This document shows, in pieces, positions 26,756-36,943 of a DNA stretch of 64,000 nt (position 1 is its first letter; every line of letters begins with the position of its first letter). The notes beneath the pieces were generated by a model. That model worked only from the letters and a program-made list of their open reading frames with translations. It made no database searches and was not told the origin of the DNA. Position numbers and translations under genes: made by a program. Source of the DNA: a virus; the IMG/VR virus record IMGVR_UViG_3300022752_000024, positions 1-64,000 of that record. One strand, 5' to 3'.

Positions 26756-28327
26756 TTACGGCTTATAGAATATAAACACCGGTTCATATTTTAACCACAT
26801 ACCATTTACCTTACAGAAGTTCTTGGCTTTTGGTAAACCAGTATCCGGATCAACTCGATTACCGCCAGGCATTTGAGCCAAAGACATTTTTAGTTTACCT
26901 TTATAAACCATACCAAGTTCTTCTAGAATCTTTCTACTATCTTCTTCAAGAGGCAACATATCACCTCCAAATACAACATCACTAATATTCCAAAGGAGAT
27001 AACGGTCAGAGCGTAACCATTCCACAGCAGTTTCGAGCGTTGGTCGTAAGAAACCGTTTCTCCATTCTTCATATTGACCAAACTTCTTGTATGATTGTGT
27101 TGGATCTTCTGAGTACGCTTCTTTAGCAAAATAAGGTGGTGAAGTAAATACCAAATCAAGTTTGCCTTTATGCTTTTGAAATCTTGGGTCATCTCTTATT
27201 ACTTCTGATCCAAGTTGGTAGATTTCTGTTTCTGTGTGGGAATGTTCGTCTGCCCATAAGCCGCCTTTATTGACATGATTACGGTAGAATTCAGCGATCT
27301 CAAGATATTTTGTGCGACCAGAAGTAGTGTTATGGTCAGTATTGGGATCAGTACCAATATAGAGAATGTTGCGGTCATCACAAATAGACATAGCACCCAA
27401 AAGGCGACCACCCCAACCGCTAGAAGGATCATAGATACGAATCTTATCTTGTCCCACAAGATGTTCAGTGAATTTTTCATATAAGTATTTTGCTGTTAGT
27501 GGAGGAAAATTGACAGCGTATTGGCAAAACGATACACGAAAAGCTTTAAGCCCGACAGGAAACAATTTTTGTTTATATTGATATGGTCTAATAGCATAAT
27601 GTTCTGATTTAGAATAATCAACATTTGTTTTACACTTTTCTGGTATATTTAAAGTTTCGATGTCATCTTTGTGTAAAACAAGATACTTTTGATTTTTAAG
27701 TTCTTCATTATATCCAGTGTACTCTTTGTCAATATCTTTAGGTTGTAACCAATAATCCCACTTACCTTGTTTCCTGAATTCGTTTTCGAAAGAATTAATC
27801 CAGCTAGAAGCATCATTGGATACTGGAAGATATCCATAATGTTCACGTTCATCTGCCTTAGCAACAAAAGAATAATGATAAAAAGAGTCACGTTTAAAAT
27901 GACGGGAAGCATATGTGACAAATGTATCAAGAAGTTCATCCTTCGCAAAATAATCATAAATTGATTTACCATCGTCTTTTTTCGTATAATTGATGCGAGT
28001 TTTCATCATGGTAGGAAACCATTGATTAACTGCATTGCCAATTACACTAGTATTTCTGATGACATCTTTTTCGCCTGTTAGTTCATCCACTACTTCAAAC
28101 TTGTGAACAGGAAAACTGTGCATTTGATTGAATTGGTCGATGATTTCATTTTCATCGTAACCAACTCTAGGCGGGAGATTATGATTGTCCCATAAATCTA
28201 CAACAGTTTTTCGAAGGTCTATGATCCACACACGAAATTCGTCTTTTGACATCCAAAGAACTTCTTCAAAATATTTATTAACTGGTGATTCTAGGAGTTC
28301 ACGATTTTTTTCATAAAACCAGGTCAT
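26756..28327 (-). CDS. amino (N6-A/N4-C) DNA methyltransferase-like protein with a long N-terminal extension
   Basis: IYDPSSGWGGRL (SAM motif I), YIGTDPN, DLVFTSPPYF (motif IV), YEPVFIFYKP. Confidence 0.85.
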   Translation of the reverse strand: MTWFYEKNRELLESPVNKYFEEVLWMSKDEFRVWIIDLRKTVVDLWDNHNLPPRVGYDENEIIDQFNQMHSFPVHKFEVVDELTGEKDVIRNTSVIGNAVNQWFPTMMKTRINYTKKDDGKSIYDYFAKDELLDTFVTYASRHFKRDSFYHYSFVAKADEREHYGYLPVSNDASSWINSFENEFRKQGKWDYWLQPKDIDKEYTGYNEELKNQKYLVLHKDDIETLNIPEKCKTNVDYSKSEHYAIRPYQYKQKLFPVGLKAFRVSFCQYAVNFPPLTAKYLYEKFTEHLVGQDKIRIYDPSSGWGGRLLGAMSICDDRNILYIGTDPNTDHNTTSGRTKYLEIAEFYRNHVNKGGLWADEHSHTETEIYQLGSEVIRDDPRFQKHKGKLDLVFTSPPYFAKEAYSEDPTQSYKKFGQYEEWRNGFLRPTLETAVEWLRSDRYLLWNISDVVFGGDMLPLEEDSRKILEELGMVYKGKLKMSLAQMPGGNRVDPDTGLPKAKNFCKVNGMWLKYEPVFIFYKP

Positions 28328-29436
28328 TGTAATATTATCTCTTTTAGGTTAGGGGTAACTTTAACATCGACAACCAAATGTATTCTATTTTGGTCGCCTT
28401 CATTAATTACTGTATGTGGTTTACGAGTGTCAAGTACCCAACACTCACCAACTTTCATATTCACTTCTTTTTTATTACCATTTGGTTCCCACACACCAAA
28501 TCTTACTCTCTCGTTAGTTTGTATAGGAAAATGCAACCTACTAATATTCCCAATATTGCAACCAGAATCCGGATCAACTTGGTCTGTGTGTCGTGTAAGC
28601 TCTCCACCACCAGGCATAAGCTGCATAAACCTAATACGATGTAATTCTGCATCACCCAAGAATTGCAGTAACTCATTAACTTCTGGAAATTCATTACGAA
28701 GGTATGTATCTTGAAGATAAAATTCTTCATCTTTGTGTTCTTCTTTCCATTTTTTGCTCATTTCAATCGGTTTCTCAATACTCATAATATCTGGTGTATA
28801 ACCACGTAGAGAAATTGCAGACCAAGATTTTTTCTTGTTATAGTTGCTGTAGTGATTTTGGAATTTGATATTGAGATTTTCTAATTTGACTTTGATTCTT
28901 GCAAGTATATCAGAGTCTACATCAATTGTCAATTGTTTAACGGAAATATTTTCTACCGGATCTAAATATGGATGAGTTCTTGGTACCAAAACATTTTCAG
29001 AATTTTTAAAGTATACAGCATAAATTTCTCCAAATGTGGTAATCTTGCTTCCTACATAATCAAAGTAATTTTGTGCAATCGATCTGGTAGTTTTATCTTC
29101 AGCCCAAACATATAGCCAAGTATTACCTTCTGCCTGTTCGCAAACATCTTCAATATAATCATCAGTACCACGAAGTTTAGTAATAACATAATCACCAGGC
29201 ACCTTAGCACCAATAGTGATACCAGAATACATGGTAATTGGAGATGATTTACTTACCTTAGTTTTAACATATGAACCATCATTGTCAATAGTCAGATGAC
29301 CGTTATGTAAATCTTCAGCTATGTTATTTTTCTTGTATTCTGCAAAAGGAGAGTCTGCAAACTTATTATAATCTGCGTAAATAGTCTCAAGACTTTTGAG
29401 GTAGTCCAGTTCGTACCCGTGTTGCCAATTTTTCAT
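28324..29436 (-). CDS. 2OG-Fe(II) oxygenase (Asp/Asn beta-hydroxylase-like) with an N-terminal degenerate GNAT-like region
   Basis: RIRFMQLMPGGGELTRHTD (HxD), RLHFPIQTN, DTRKPHTVIN..RIHLVVD; N-half TWLYVWAEDKTTRSIAQNYFDYVG resembles a GNAT C-terminus. Confidence 0.8.
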   Translation of the reverse strand: MKNWQHGYELDYLKSLETIYADYNKFADSPFAEYKKNNIAEDLHNGHLTIDNDGSYVKTKVSKSSPITMYSGITIGAKVPGDYVITKLRGTDDYIEDVCEQAEGNTWLYVWAEDKTTRSIAQNYFDYVGSKITTFGEIYAVYFKNSENVLVPRTHPYLDPVENISVKQLTIDVDSDILARIKVKLENLNIKFQNHYSNYNKKKSWSAISLRGYTPDIMSIEKPIEMSKKWKEEHKDEEFYLQDTYLRNEFPEVNELLQFLGDAELHRIRFMQLMPGGGELTRHTDQVDPDSGCNIGNISRLHFPIQTNERVRFGVWEPNGNKKEVNMKVGECWVLDTRKPHTVINEGDQNRIHLVVDVKVTPNLKEIILQ

Positions 29437-30001
29437 TTGCTTTTTTCATCCTCATAACAAGTTTGTCTCGTTTTTGTTTTCCAGTCTTTAACGCCAAAGG
29501 TTTAGCTTTACTTGTATAAACTATTCCGTTTAGATGATCGAGTTCATGTAGGAAACATCGAGCGGTAATACCAGAATATTTGGCTTGTTTTATTTCACCA
29601 TGATAGTCTTGATATTCTACCTGAATAGTATCTGGTCTAGTTATATTTAGGAATAAAAATGGAAAAGATAAACAACCTTCTTGCATGTGTACCAAATTTT
29701 CTGACATAGAGATAATCTTTGGATTAAAGTGTGCGACATAATTACTGCCGGCTCCCATCACAAATACTCTATATCGAAATCCACATTGATTTGCAGATAA
29801 TCCTAATCCATTATAATACTTGCAAGTTTCTACTAATTGAGAAGCGAATGTTATAGGATTAACTGGAGAATTTGCGAATTCAAATTCTGGTAATATTTCT
29901 TGAAGAATTGGATCTTTAGAGTCAACTAATGGAAATAACTTAATTTGTTGAAACTTAGAGGTGTCCTCTGCTTCAGTATCAAATTTAAAAATTTCACTCA
30001 T
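29387..30001 (-). CDS. def: peptide deformylase
   Basis: GLGLSANQ, EGCLS and HELDHLNG motifs. Confidence 0.95.
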   Translation of the reverse strand: MSEIFKFDTEAEDTSKFQQIKLFPLVDSKDPILQEILPEFEFANSPVNPITFASQLVETCKYYNGLGLSANQCGFRYRVFVMGAGSNYVAHFNPKIISMSENLVHMQEGCLSFPFLFLNITRPDTIQVEYQDYHGEIKQAKYSGITARCFLHELDHLNGIVYTSKAKPLALKTGKQKRDKLVMRMKKANEKLATRVRTGLPQKS

Positions 30002-31713
30002 TTTGCTATCCTTGAAAAGTTATTCTTTTTCTCAAATCGAATCACCGACCTAAATTTGTCAAATAATTGGTCACCTTTATGTGAAATGACAAATACATTC
30101 GTGTCTTGTCCAATATCATACATTAATTTTAAAAACTCATCAGTACCTACAGTATCTAGGCTGCTATCAAACACTTCATCTAAAATTAACAAGTTTGTAT
30201 TGACGCTATTCTTTAGTTTTGCTATCTGTCGCCACGTAAACAGTATAGCTAAATCAATACGCATTTTCTCGCCTTCAGAGAAGTTATGATAACTAAAATC
30301 ATCTCTATGACGAGACTTAATCGTTTCTTCAAAATTTTCATTTAAGTTAAAGTTAATAAACGAATCCATTGCAGTCAAATACTTGTTAATCAACTTATTC
30401 ATGATTGGAAGATATTGTTTGATAATCTTCGTTTTGATACCAGTATCTTTCAATAATATTCCTGCAAACTCATAATATTGCTTTTCATCTGCTAGTTGTT
30501 TTTGTTTTTCAACAAGACCGGCAAGTTGCTCTCGTAACTCTTTAAGCTTTGTATTCTCTTCCTCAAGGTTATCTTTTCTGGTTGAGAGTTCTGTAATTTC
30601 TGCATTAAGTTTAGCCACGTATTTGTTGATTGCTGTAATCGATGCATTATGTTTTATTACCTCAGAGTTATGTTCAGATATGTGGTTAATTATTTTTTCG
30701 ATATCTTTGAGTCTTTTAGTTGCAGCTTCGTATTGATTTTTGATTTCCTGGACTCCAGTGCTGACTTCTCCTTTTGCTTGATTGTTTCTATCAAGTTCTC
30801 CAGCTCTGAACGTGTCATCGATATGCTGCTTGCACGTTGGGCAGTTGTCGTTTTGCTCATAAAATAATAACTCCTTTTCTATCTTCTTCAATCTAGATTC
30901 CAGTTTAGATTCTAGTGTAACAAGTTTACCGCTTTTCTTTTTTACAGATTCATGATCTTGAATCTTACTACCAAGAACATCGATGTGTTTTTGAATCGAT
31001 ACGATATCTTTGTTTAGGTGAAACATTTGCGTCTCTGATTTTGTAATTTCTTCTTTCTTCTTTTCAATTTCAGTATCGTTGTGTTTCTTATGTTCCTCGA
31101 TATTCATTTTCTGTAGATTGATTTTCTCCGCAGTCAAATCCATGTCATATTTCAACCGAGTATTGTTATCTTTTATCTCAGACATTTTTTGTTTTACCAA
31201 ACCATTCATGCTAGAGAAGATTTGGATGTCAAGTAAATCTTCAATAATACCTCTACGATCAGTAGCAGATAATTGCATGAATGGAGTAAATGATGCAGAA
31301 CCAAGAATAACAATCTGTGTAAAAGACTTGAAATTTAATTTAAGTATATTCTTTTCTAGAACTTCTTGATAATCTCTTGATGCAGCATCTTGATTCAGCA
31401 GCTTACCTTCTGCATAAATTTCAAAGATATTCGGTTTAATTCCACGAATAATTTTGTATTCTTTTTTACCGACTGTAAATTCAATCTCAACGATACAATC
31501 TTTTTCATTGATTGAATTTGGTAATTGTGGTTTGTTGATTTTTCGAAAAGGTTTACCAAATAAACCAAAGGTCAATGCATCAAGAATTGTTGATTTTCCT
31601 GATCCATTTGTACCAATAATAAGTGTATTTGGTGAACGTGTGAAATCAATTTCTGTAAACCAGTTACCGGTAGATAGAAAATTTTTCCATCTGACCTTAG
31701 AGAATATTATCAT
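29998..31713 (-). CDS. gp46: recombination endonuclease ATPase subunit (Rad50-like)
   Basis: GTNGSGKST, CPTC hook, FSEGE, LDEVFD. Confidence 0.97.
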   Translation of the reverse strand: MIIFSKVRWKNFLSTGNWFTEIDFTRSPNTLIIGTNGSGKSTILDALTFGLFGKPFRKINKPQLPNSINEKDCIVEIEFTVGKKEYKIIRGIKPNIFEIYAEGKLLNQDAASRDYQEVLEKNILKLNFKSFTQIVILGSASFTPFMQLSATDRRGIIEDLLDIQIFSSMNGLVKQKMSEIKDNNTRLKYDMDLTAEKINLQKMNIEEHKKHNDTEIEKKKEEITKSETQMFHLNKDIVSIQKHIDVLGSKIQDHESVKKKSGKLVTLESKLESRLKKIEKELLFYEQNDNCPTCKQHIDDTFRAGELDRNNQAKGEVSTGVQEIKNQYEAATKRLKDIEKIINHISEHNSEVIKHNASITAINKYVAKLNAEITELSTRKDNLEEENTKLKELREQLAGLVEKQKQLADEKQYYEFAGILLKDTGIKTKIIKQYLPIMNKLINKYLTAMDSFINFNLNENFEETIKSRHRDDFSYHNFSEGEKMRIDLAILFTWRQIAKLKNSVNTNLLILDEVFDSSLDTVGTDEFLKLMYDIGQDTNVFVISHKGDQLFDKFRSVIRFEKKNNFSRIAK

Positions 31714-32780
31714 TGTTCTGTATTGATTGCTTCTACGTAAAGTTCTTTAAGAATGTTTTTTAGCTTGCTGGCATCTAAACTATCATCTTGGATTGCATCC
31801 ACATAATTGTTTAAGATAGTGAGAGTGTCTTCAGCTTGATCAATTATATCATTATTAACACCTTCTGTCAAGTCTGTAAAGTCCTCAACAATGGTAATAT
31901 CGGCTGGGTTTGTTTGGTAAAGATTGTTGATGAATACATCGAACAAGTATGGATTAGTTTTATTTAATACCACAACCTTAACAAATTTATTGGTATATGG
32001 CGTCATATCATGGTTAGATATTTCTTTAATCTCTGATTCTTTATCATTATAAATGACTTTATGAAACATTACATTAGGGTTCTCAACAAATACAAGGTGT
32101 CGAGTATCAAGATCAAAAATATGGAAACCACGAGGATCCTTATAGTCTTGCCATGTAAGTTCATATGGGTTACCCAAGTAGTAAATCCCATTAGCAGAAG
32201 ATTTATGATGATAGTGCCCACTAAAAGTAAATTCAAACTTGCGGAAAATTTCACGATTTAATCCTTCTTCTGATGGCATTCCTTTATGCATTGCAAACCC
32301 TGCAATTTCAAAATGACCCATACAGATATCAGAAGTTGACTCTTTAATGAACTGCATAGCTTCATCATAATTATCTGAACATATCCATGGTATCATACAA
32401 ATTTGATGTGAACCTACATGAATATGTTCTGGGCTATCAATCACATGAATGTTACCATATTCTTGTAGTAGCAAATCGACCGAATTAACATCATTGGTAT
32501 TCTTGAAATATGTATCATGATTACCAGCTAACATGAATACTTCAATACCTTCTTCATTTAAAATATCGAAGAACATCTCTTTGGTTCTTTTTAATGTGTA
32601 GAAGTTTACGTACTTTCTTCTATCAAAAGTATCACCAAGTATTAATACTTGGCGTATACCTTCTTCTCTTAATTTTGGAAAAAAAGTTTCTTTGTAAAAT
32701 TTTTCATAATAGTCCAAAAATACAAGAGCGTCATTCCTAGCTCCAAAATGCTGGTCCGTGATTATTGCTACTTTCGACAT
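31710..32780 (-). CDS. gp47: recombination endonuclease subunit (Mre11-like)
   Basis: TDQHFG, GDTFD, GNHD, SGHYH. Confidence 0.97.
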   Translation of the reverse strand: MSKVAIITDQHFGARNDALVFLDYYEKFYKETFFPKLREEGIRQVLILGDTFDRRKYVNFYTLKRTKEMFFDILNEEGIEVFMLAGNHDTYFKNTNDVNSVDLLLQEYGNIHVIDSPEHIHVGSHQICMIPWICSDNYDEAMQFIKESTSDICMGHFEIAGFAMHKGMPSEEGLNREIFRKFEFTFSGHYHHKSSANGIYYLGNPYELTWQDYKDPRGFHIFDLDTRHLVFVENPNVMFHKVIYNDKESEIKEISNHDMTPYTNKFVKVVVLNKTNPYLFDVFINNLYQTNPADITIVEDFTDLTEGVNNDIIDQAEDTLTILNNYVDAIQDDSLDASKLKNILKELYVEAINTEQ

Positions 32781-33229
32781 TCATTATATTCCTTATTCAT
32801 TTTTCGCAGTTTCAATGCTTCTGCATCATATACACGTTTACGTAAGGACGAACTACTGTAAGGATGTTCTCTTTCATGGTAATGTAATTCCATGCCATGA
32901 TCTAGGCACCATTGTTTACCAGTAAAATCTTTTGTTTTGTATTCGTCACCAAGAAAACGAATATCAATATGTTGAGTCTTTAGAATATTCAGTAAATCTT
33001 CTTCGGTATGGTATACAATAACTTCATCTACGTAACGACATGCGGAAACACACACATGTCTTTCATATACAGACATGATTGGTTTATTTTTTGTGTCAGG
33101 ACGATCTACTGTTGGGTCAACTTGAATAGCCACGATCAAATAGTCACAATGTCTCTTTTCTTCTTTAAGCATAGTAACATGCCCAGCATGAAACAAGTCA
33201 AATGTGCTACAATTAAATCCAATTTTCAT
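32768..33229 (-). CDS. cytidylyltransferase (TagD-like, HxGH family)
   Basis: STFDLFHAGH, RYVDEV, YSSSSLR. Confidence 0.9.
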   Translation of the reverse strand: MKIGFNCSTFDLFHAGHVTMLKEEKRHCDYLIVAIQVDPTVDRPDTKNKPIMSVYERHVCVSACRYVDEVIVYHTEEDLLNILKTQHIDIRFLGDEYKTKDFTGKQWCLDHGMELHYHEREHPYSSSSLRKRVYDAEALKLRKMNKEYNECRK

Positions 33230-34007
33230 TATTCAACTCCTTAATGCATTCATCAAGAGATTCATCAGTTGATCTAATCTTATAAACAGATTCTAACTTA
33301 TCAGTATTCAAAACACAGTTAGAACGAGGTGCAATTACTGAATTTTTAAATTGTTCTTCAGTAAACCACTCTTTGTTTAAACCCATCTTATCAGAAATTT
33401 TCTTTGTTGTTGTAGATCCTACATTACACAAATTGTAAATTCCATAGTCTGGTCTATTCTTATAGAAGAATACGGCAACTTTTGCAATATCATAAACACA
33501 ACTCACGGAATTTTCTTTATCGATCAGTTTATTATATTTGCTTAATTTTGTCAATAGACTTTTTGGATTATTTGTGTCACAAAACGGCATTCTTACTCTC
33601 ATTAGGTAAGATTTTTCCATATAATGACTAAGCAGTTCTTGTGCAAGAGTTTTGGATGCACTGTAGAATGATGCATTGTCAAAATTAAAGTTTGGTGTAT
33701 CTGTCTCTAACCAACCACCATCTTTGTAACCAGTATAAACGCAACCGGATAAAATATGCATAATAGGAACAGATGTTGTTCTTTCCAGATTCAATGGAAA
33801 CAAAACATTGCCTTCAATGGTTGTTTGTTTGTTATGTTCGCAGGCATCTACATTTGGAACACCAGTGTATCCTGCACAATTAATAATGTAACTTGTATCT
33901 GTAGGAACAGAGTCTTTGTGAGAAATCCAGTTATATTCTAAACCTTCTTGTTCCAATTCTTTTTGTATAAAACTTCCAATATAACCATGTCCAATCAATG
34001 TAATCAT
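33213..34007 (-). CDS. RmlD-like NDP-4-keto-6-deoxysugar reductase/epimerase
   Basis: GHGYIG, INCAGYTGVPNVDACE, SGCVY, YSASK, APRSNCVL. Confidence 0.88.
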   Translation of the reverse strand: MITLIGHGYIGSFIQKELEQEGLEYNWISHKDSVPTDTSYIINCAGYTGVPNVDACEHNKQTTIEGNVLFPLNLERTTSVPIMHILSGCVYTGYKDGGWLETDTPNFNFDNASFYSASKTLAQELLSHYMEKSYLMRVRMPFCDTNNPKSLLTKLSKYNKLIDKENSVSCVYDIAKVAVFFYKNRPDYGIYNLCNVGSTTTKKISDKMGLNKEWFTEEQFKNSVIAPRSNCVLNTDKLESVYKIRSTDESLDECIKELNNENWI

Positions 34008-34010
34008 AAA

Positions 34011-34553
34011 TCACCCTTCAATAAATTTTTCAAGTCCTTTTGGTTTTTTTGCTGCATCTTTTTCTGCTTTCTTTGCATTTTTGGCCTCTTCATAGCTTTC
34101 TATAAATTCAGAAATATTATCATATAATTCAAACTGTCTTGTAGTACCATCTTCAAATTCCATCATTTCATATTCATCTAAAATACCAACTTGTTCGGTA
34201 GTTTTATATTTGATATATAATTGCTTCTTTTCTTTTTGGATTCGGCGAAGAAACGCATAGTATATAATTTGAGTGAAATATGCGAATGGATTGGTTGACT
34301 TTTCTGGATTAAAATTTTCAAAGTACATCAAACAATTTTCAATGCCATCTGAAATCATCTCATCACGATAGGTATAATTGATGAAGTTTGGTTTGTGTGA
34401 GAGTCCTTCAGCGATTTTCATGAAACATTCACCAATATAGTTCGGTACAATTGGTTTTTCAGTTTCATCGATAAGTGCTTGTTTACAATCGGCTTTATAC
34501 TTAACTAGTGCTTTGAGAAAATCTTCATTGTTTACATAGTGCTTTTGTTTCAT
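34011..34553 (-). CDS. gp55: late-transcription sigma factor
   Basis: HYVNNEDF, NFINYTYRDEMISDGIENC, NPFAYFTQIIYYAFLRRIQKEKKQ. Confidence 0.96.
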   Translation of the reverse strand: MKQKHYVNNEDFLKALVKYKADCKQALIDETEKPIVPNYIGECFMKIAEGLSHKPNFINYTYRDEMISDGIENCLMYFENFNPEKSTNPFAYFTQIIYYAFLRRIQKEKKQLYIKYKTTEQVGILDEYEMMEFEDGTTRQFELYDNISEFIESYEEAKNAKKAEKDAAKKPKGLEKFIEG

Positions 34554-34573
34554 AAGTTTACCATAAAAAAGTG

Positions 34574-34602
34574 TTGACAAAGACTTGACAAGGTTATATA
34601 CT
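34574..34602 (+). promoter_or_regulatory. antisense sigma70 promoter upstream of gp55
   Basis: TTGACA-17nt-TATACT on the plus strand, with a second TTGACA in the spacer. Confidence 0.7.
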
Positions 34603-34637
34603 GAGTATGTCCAGAATGATGCTAATAAAAGGATTAA

Positions 34638-35018
34638 TTAATGTAATGTGCTTTCACTTCTATCATCCATTGCTTCAATCATACTCGCAATCTCATCATC
34701 AGTTAGTTTAGCTACTTCTTCTCTCGCTTTATCTATATTGTGTACAGCTTTCAAAGTACCAAGATAGTGATCCACAAAAGTATCAGTAGGTTCAAATTTA
34801 GTTAAAATATCATTATCATAAATCTTACATTCATTTACTTTGATAATTGTTGATGGTGCCCAACTTGCAAGAGTTAGTATTTGTTTCTGGCTACGATGAT
34901 CTTCTTCCATTATGATACAGAAAGCATCTTTAATGTAGCAAGTAGCATAATCATCTTCAACAACAAAACCAATAAGATCCTCACCAGTCTTTAATCGAAC
35001 GATTTTAATTTGTTCCAT
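34638..35018 (-). CDS. conserved T4-like hypothetical protein downstream of uvsW
   Basis: IKIVRLKTGEDLIG N-terminus, ends in TLH. Confidence 0.75.
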   Translation of the reverse strand: MEQIKIVRLKTGEDLIGFVVEDDYATCYIKDAFCIIMEEDHRSQKQILTLASWAPSTIIKVNECKIYDNDILTKFEPTDTFVDHYLGTLKAVHNIDKAREEVAKLTDDEIASMIEAMDDRSESTLH

Positions 35019-36534
35019 CTTTGAGTCCTATCTTATAGAGTTTGTATTTGAAACCCTCATCAGTATATATCTTCACCCGTTCCACAAAGTGCCTTAACGT
35101 AAAATTCATATATTTGTTGATTCTGAGGTCGTCTGCGATGTCATATAGTGTTGCTCTTTCTTTTGTTTCTCCTTTGCGAAGTCCTCTGCCGATTGATTGT
35201 AGATTTCGGATTCTAGACTTACTTGGTGACGCAAAGATAATGTTATGTAAATTCCGTATATTAATACCGGTACTAAAAGTACCGAAAGAAGCAATAACAA
35301 TAGCATCATTTTCTTTCTCCATAATTCTTCTAATGTTTTCTCTATCGTCTGTGTCTGTTCCACCATGAACAAAAAAGACTTTACGATTGCCTATATTTTT
35401 GGCACTGGTAATCTTATCATACAGGACTTGCCCATGTTTGTCAACAAATTGATACAAAATTAATGTATTTGTACCAAGAGAAAGTGCTAGATTTTTAATG
35501 AATCGGTTTCTTGGTTCTGATGATATTAGATACTCTATTTCATCTTTATATTCTTTGCCTTTTAGTTCTTTTGCTTTTTCATCTGGATGTTTAAGAACAA
35601 GACATTTAATTTCAAATTCTGCTAATTGTTTATTGTCAATAAGTTCTTTGGTTGAAGTTACTTTCTCTACTGGTCCAAAAAGACCTTCAAGTACAAGTTT
35701 GTGTGTTTTTGTTCCATCTAATGTACCAGTAAGACCTATACGATATTTTGTATTAATACAAGAAGTCATAATAGTAGTAAGAGATTGTGCCTTAAATAGG
35801 TGAGCTTCATCTCCAATGATATAATCAAACTGCTCAAAGTATTCAGAAGGCATCTTATATAAAGATTGCCAAGTAGATATGATAAGTTTTTTATCAGAAA
35901 CTTTATCTTTACCTTGATATACTCGATGTATGTTCTTTTCTACATCAAATCCATTTTTTGATGAGTAGTCTGCAAAGTCAGTATATAACTGCTCCACTAG
36001 TGATGTAGTCGGGACTATAATTAACCCCTTGTAGCCCTTGTAGTCAAGGAATTGACGTATAAAAAGGTAGATGATAAGAGACTTACCCGAAGCAGTAGGA
36101 GACAGCAATAATGCTCTTTTATGTCGCATAGCATGAGTAAATGCTGCTAACTGATAATCTCTAGTTTCTATAGGTTTACCATGTGCATGTAGATCGAGTT
36201 CATCTACAAACTTTTTAGCTAAGTATAAAGAAAAGTCATCAGTCAAATCTGGTCTTGGATCACCATACTCGACGACATATTGTCTTTCTTCTGCAAAATT
36301 TTCAATGTATGGTAAAAGACCTAAGTATATGCTATTATTTCTTAGATCCATCAATCGAATCTTTCCGTCCCAGATTCGATTTCTAAATGCTGGAGTGAAT
36401 TGATGTCCCGGAACGTAGAACGTAAAGTATTCTGATAGTTCTTTAGCTAAATGTCTTTCACACTCAATAATGGCGTAAACTTCATTAGCTTTTGCAATTG
36501 TTATTTTATCTTGCGCCTTGGATAAATCGCTCAT
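35005..36534 (-). CDS. uvsW: UvsW helicase
   Basis: SPTASGKS, GDEAH, GLTGT, QSIGRGLR. Confidence 0.96.
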   Translation of the reverse strand: MSDLSKAQDKITIAKANEVYAIIECERHLAKELSEYFTFYVPGHQFTPAFRNRIWDGKIRLMDLRNNSIYLGLLPYIENFAEERQYVVEYGDPRPDLTDDFSLYLAKKFVDELDLHAHGKPIETRDYQLAAFTHAMRHKRALLLSPTASGKSLIIYLFIRQFLDYKGYKGLIIVPTTSLVEQLYTDFADYSSKNGFDVEKNIHRVYQGKDKVSDKKLIISTWQSLYKMPSEYFEQFDYIIGDEAHLFKAQSLTTIMTSCINTKYRIGLTGTLDGTKTHKLVLEGLFGPVEKVTSTKELIDNKQLAEFEIKCLVLKHPDEKAKELKGKEYKDEIEYLISSEPRNRFIKNLALSLGTNTLILYQFVDKHGQVLYDKITSAKNIGNRKVFFVHGGTDTDDRENIRRIMEKENDAIVIASFGTFSTGINIRNLHNIIFASPSKSRIRNLQSIGRGLRKGETKERATLYDIADDLRINKYMNFTLRHFVERVKIYTDEGFKYKLYKIGLKDGTN

Positions 36535-36943
36535 GTGTCATGTGTTCACGAAGTTGCCATGTTCTGTTAGCCAATTCTTTAAGAATAGCTGTGCAAACAT
36601 CAACGACTTCTTCATGATATACCTTTTTCTCTAGTAGTTTTATTAAATCGCCGTCCGATTCCAAATAGGTTGTCACGTCGGATTTGAGGGTAAAACGAAA
36701 AGGTTCCCACCCATATTCTTTAAGATCATCTTCATCCATTTTACCTGTATAGTATTCCCATTTGATTTTCTTCATTCTATGATAATCAAACGTAGCTTTC
36801 TTGACAGCAATTTTATGTTTAGTCATAATATTGAGATATTTGCTATGCAGATTTGGAATACGAATAATCTCACGAGAAGGTTCAGTCTCATCAACGACAG
36901 AATCTTTTTCCCATAACTTTAATACTTGCTCTAAGTTTTCCAT
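36506..36943 (-). CDS. uvsY: recombination mediator UvsY
   Basis: IPNLHSKYL, WEYYTGK, YLESD; position next to uvsW. Confidence 0.9.
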   Translation of the reverse strand: MENLEQVLKLWEKDSVVDETEPSREIIRIPNLHSKYLNIMTKHKIAVKKATFDYHRMKKIKWEYYTGKMDEDDLKEYGWEPFRFTLKSDVTTYLESDGDLIKLLEKKVYHEEVVDVCTAILKELANRTWQLREHMTHERFIQGAR

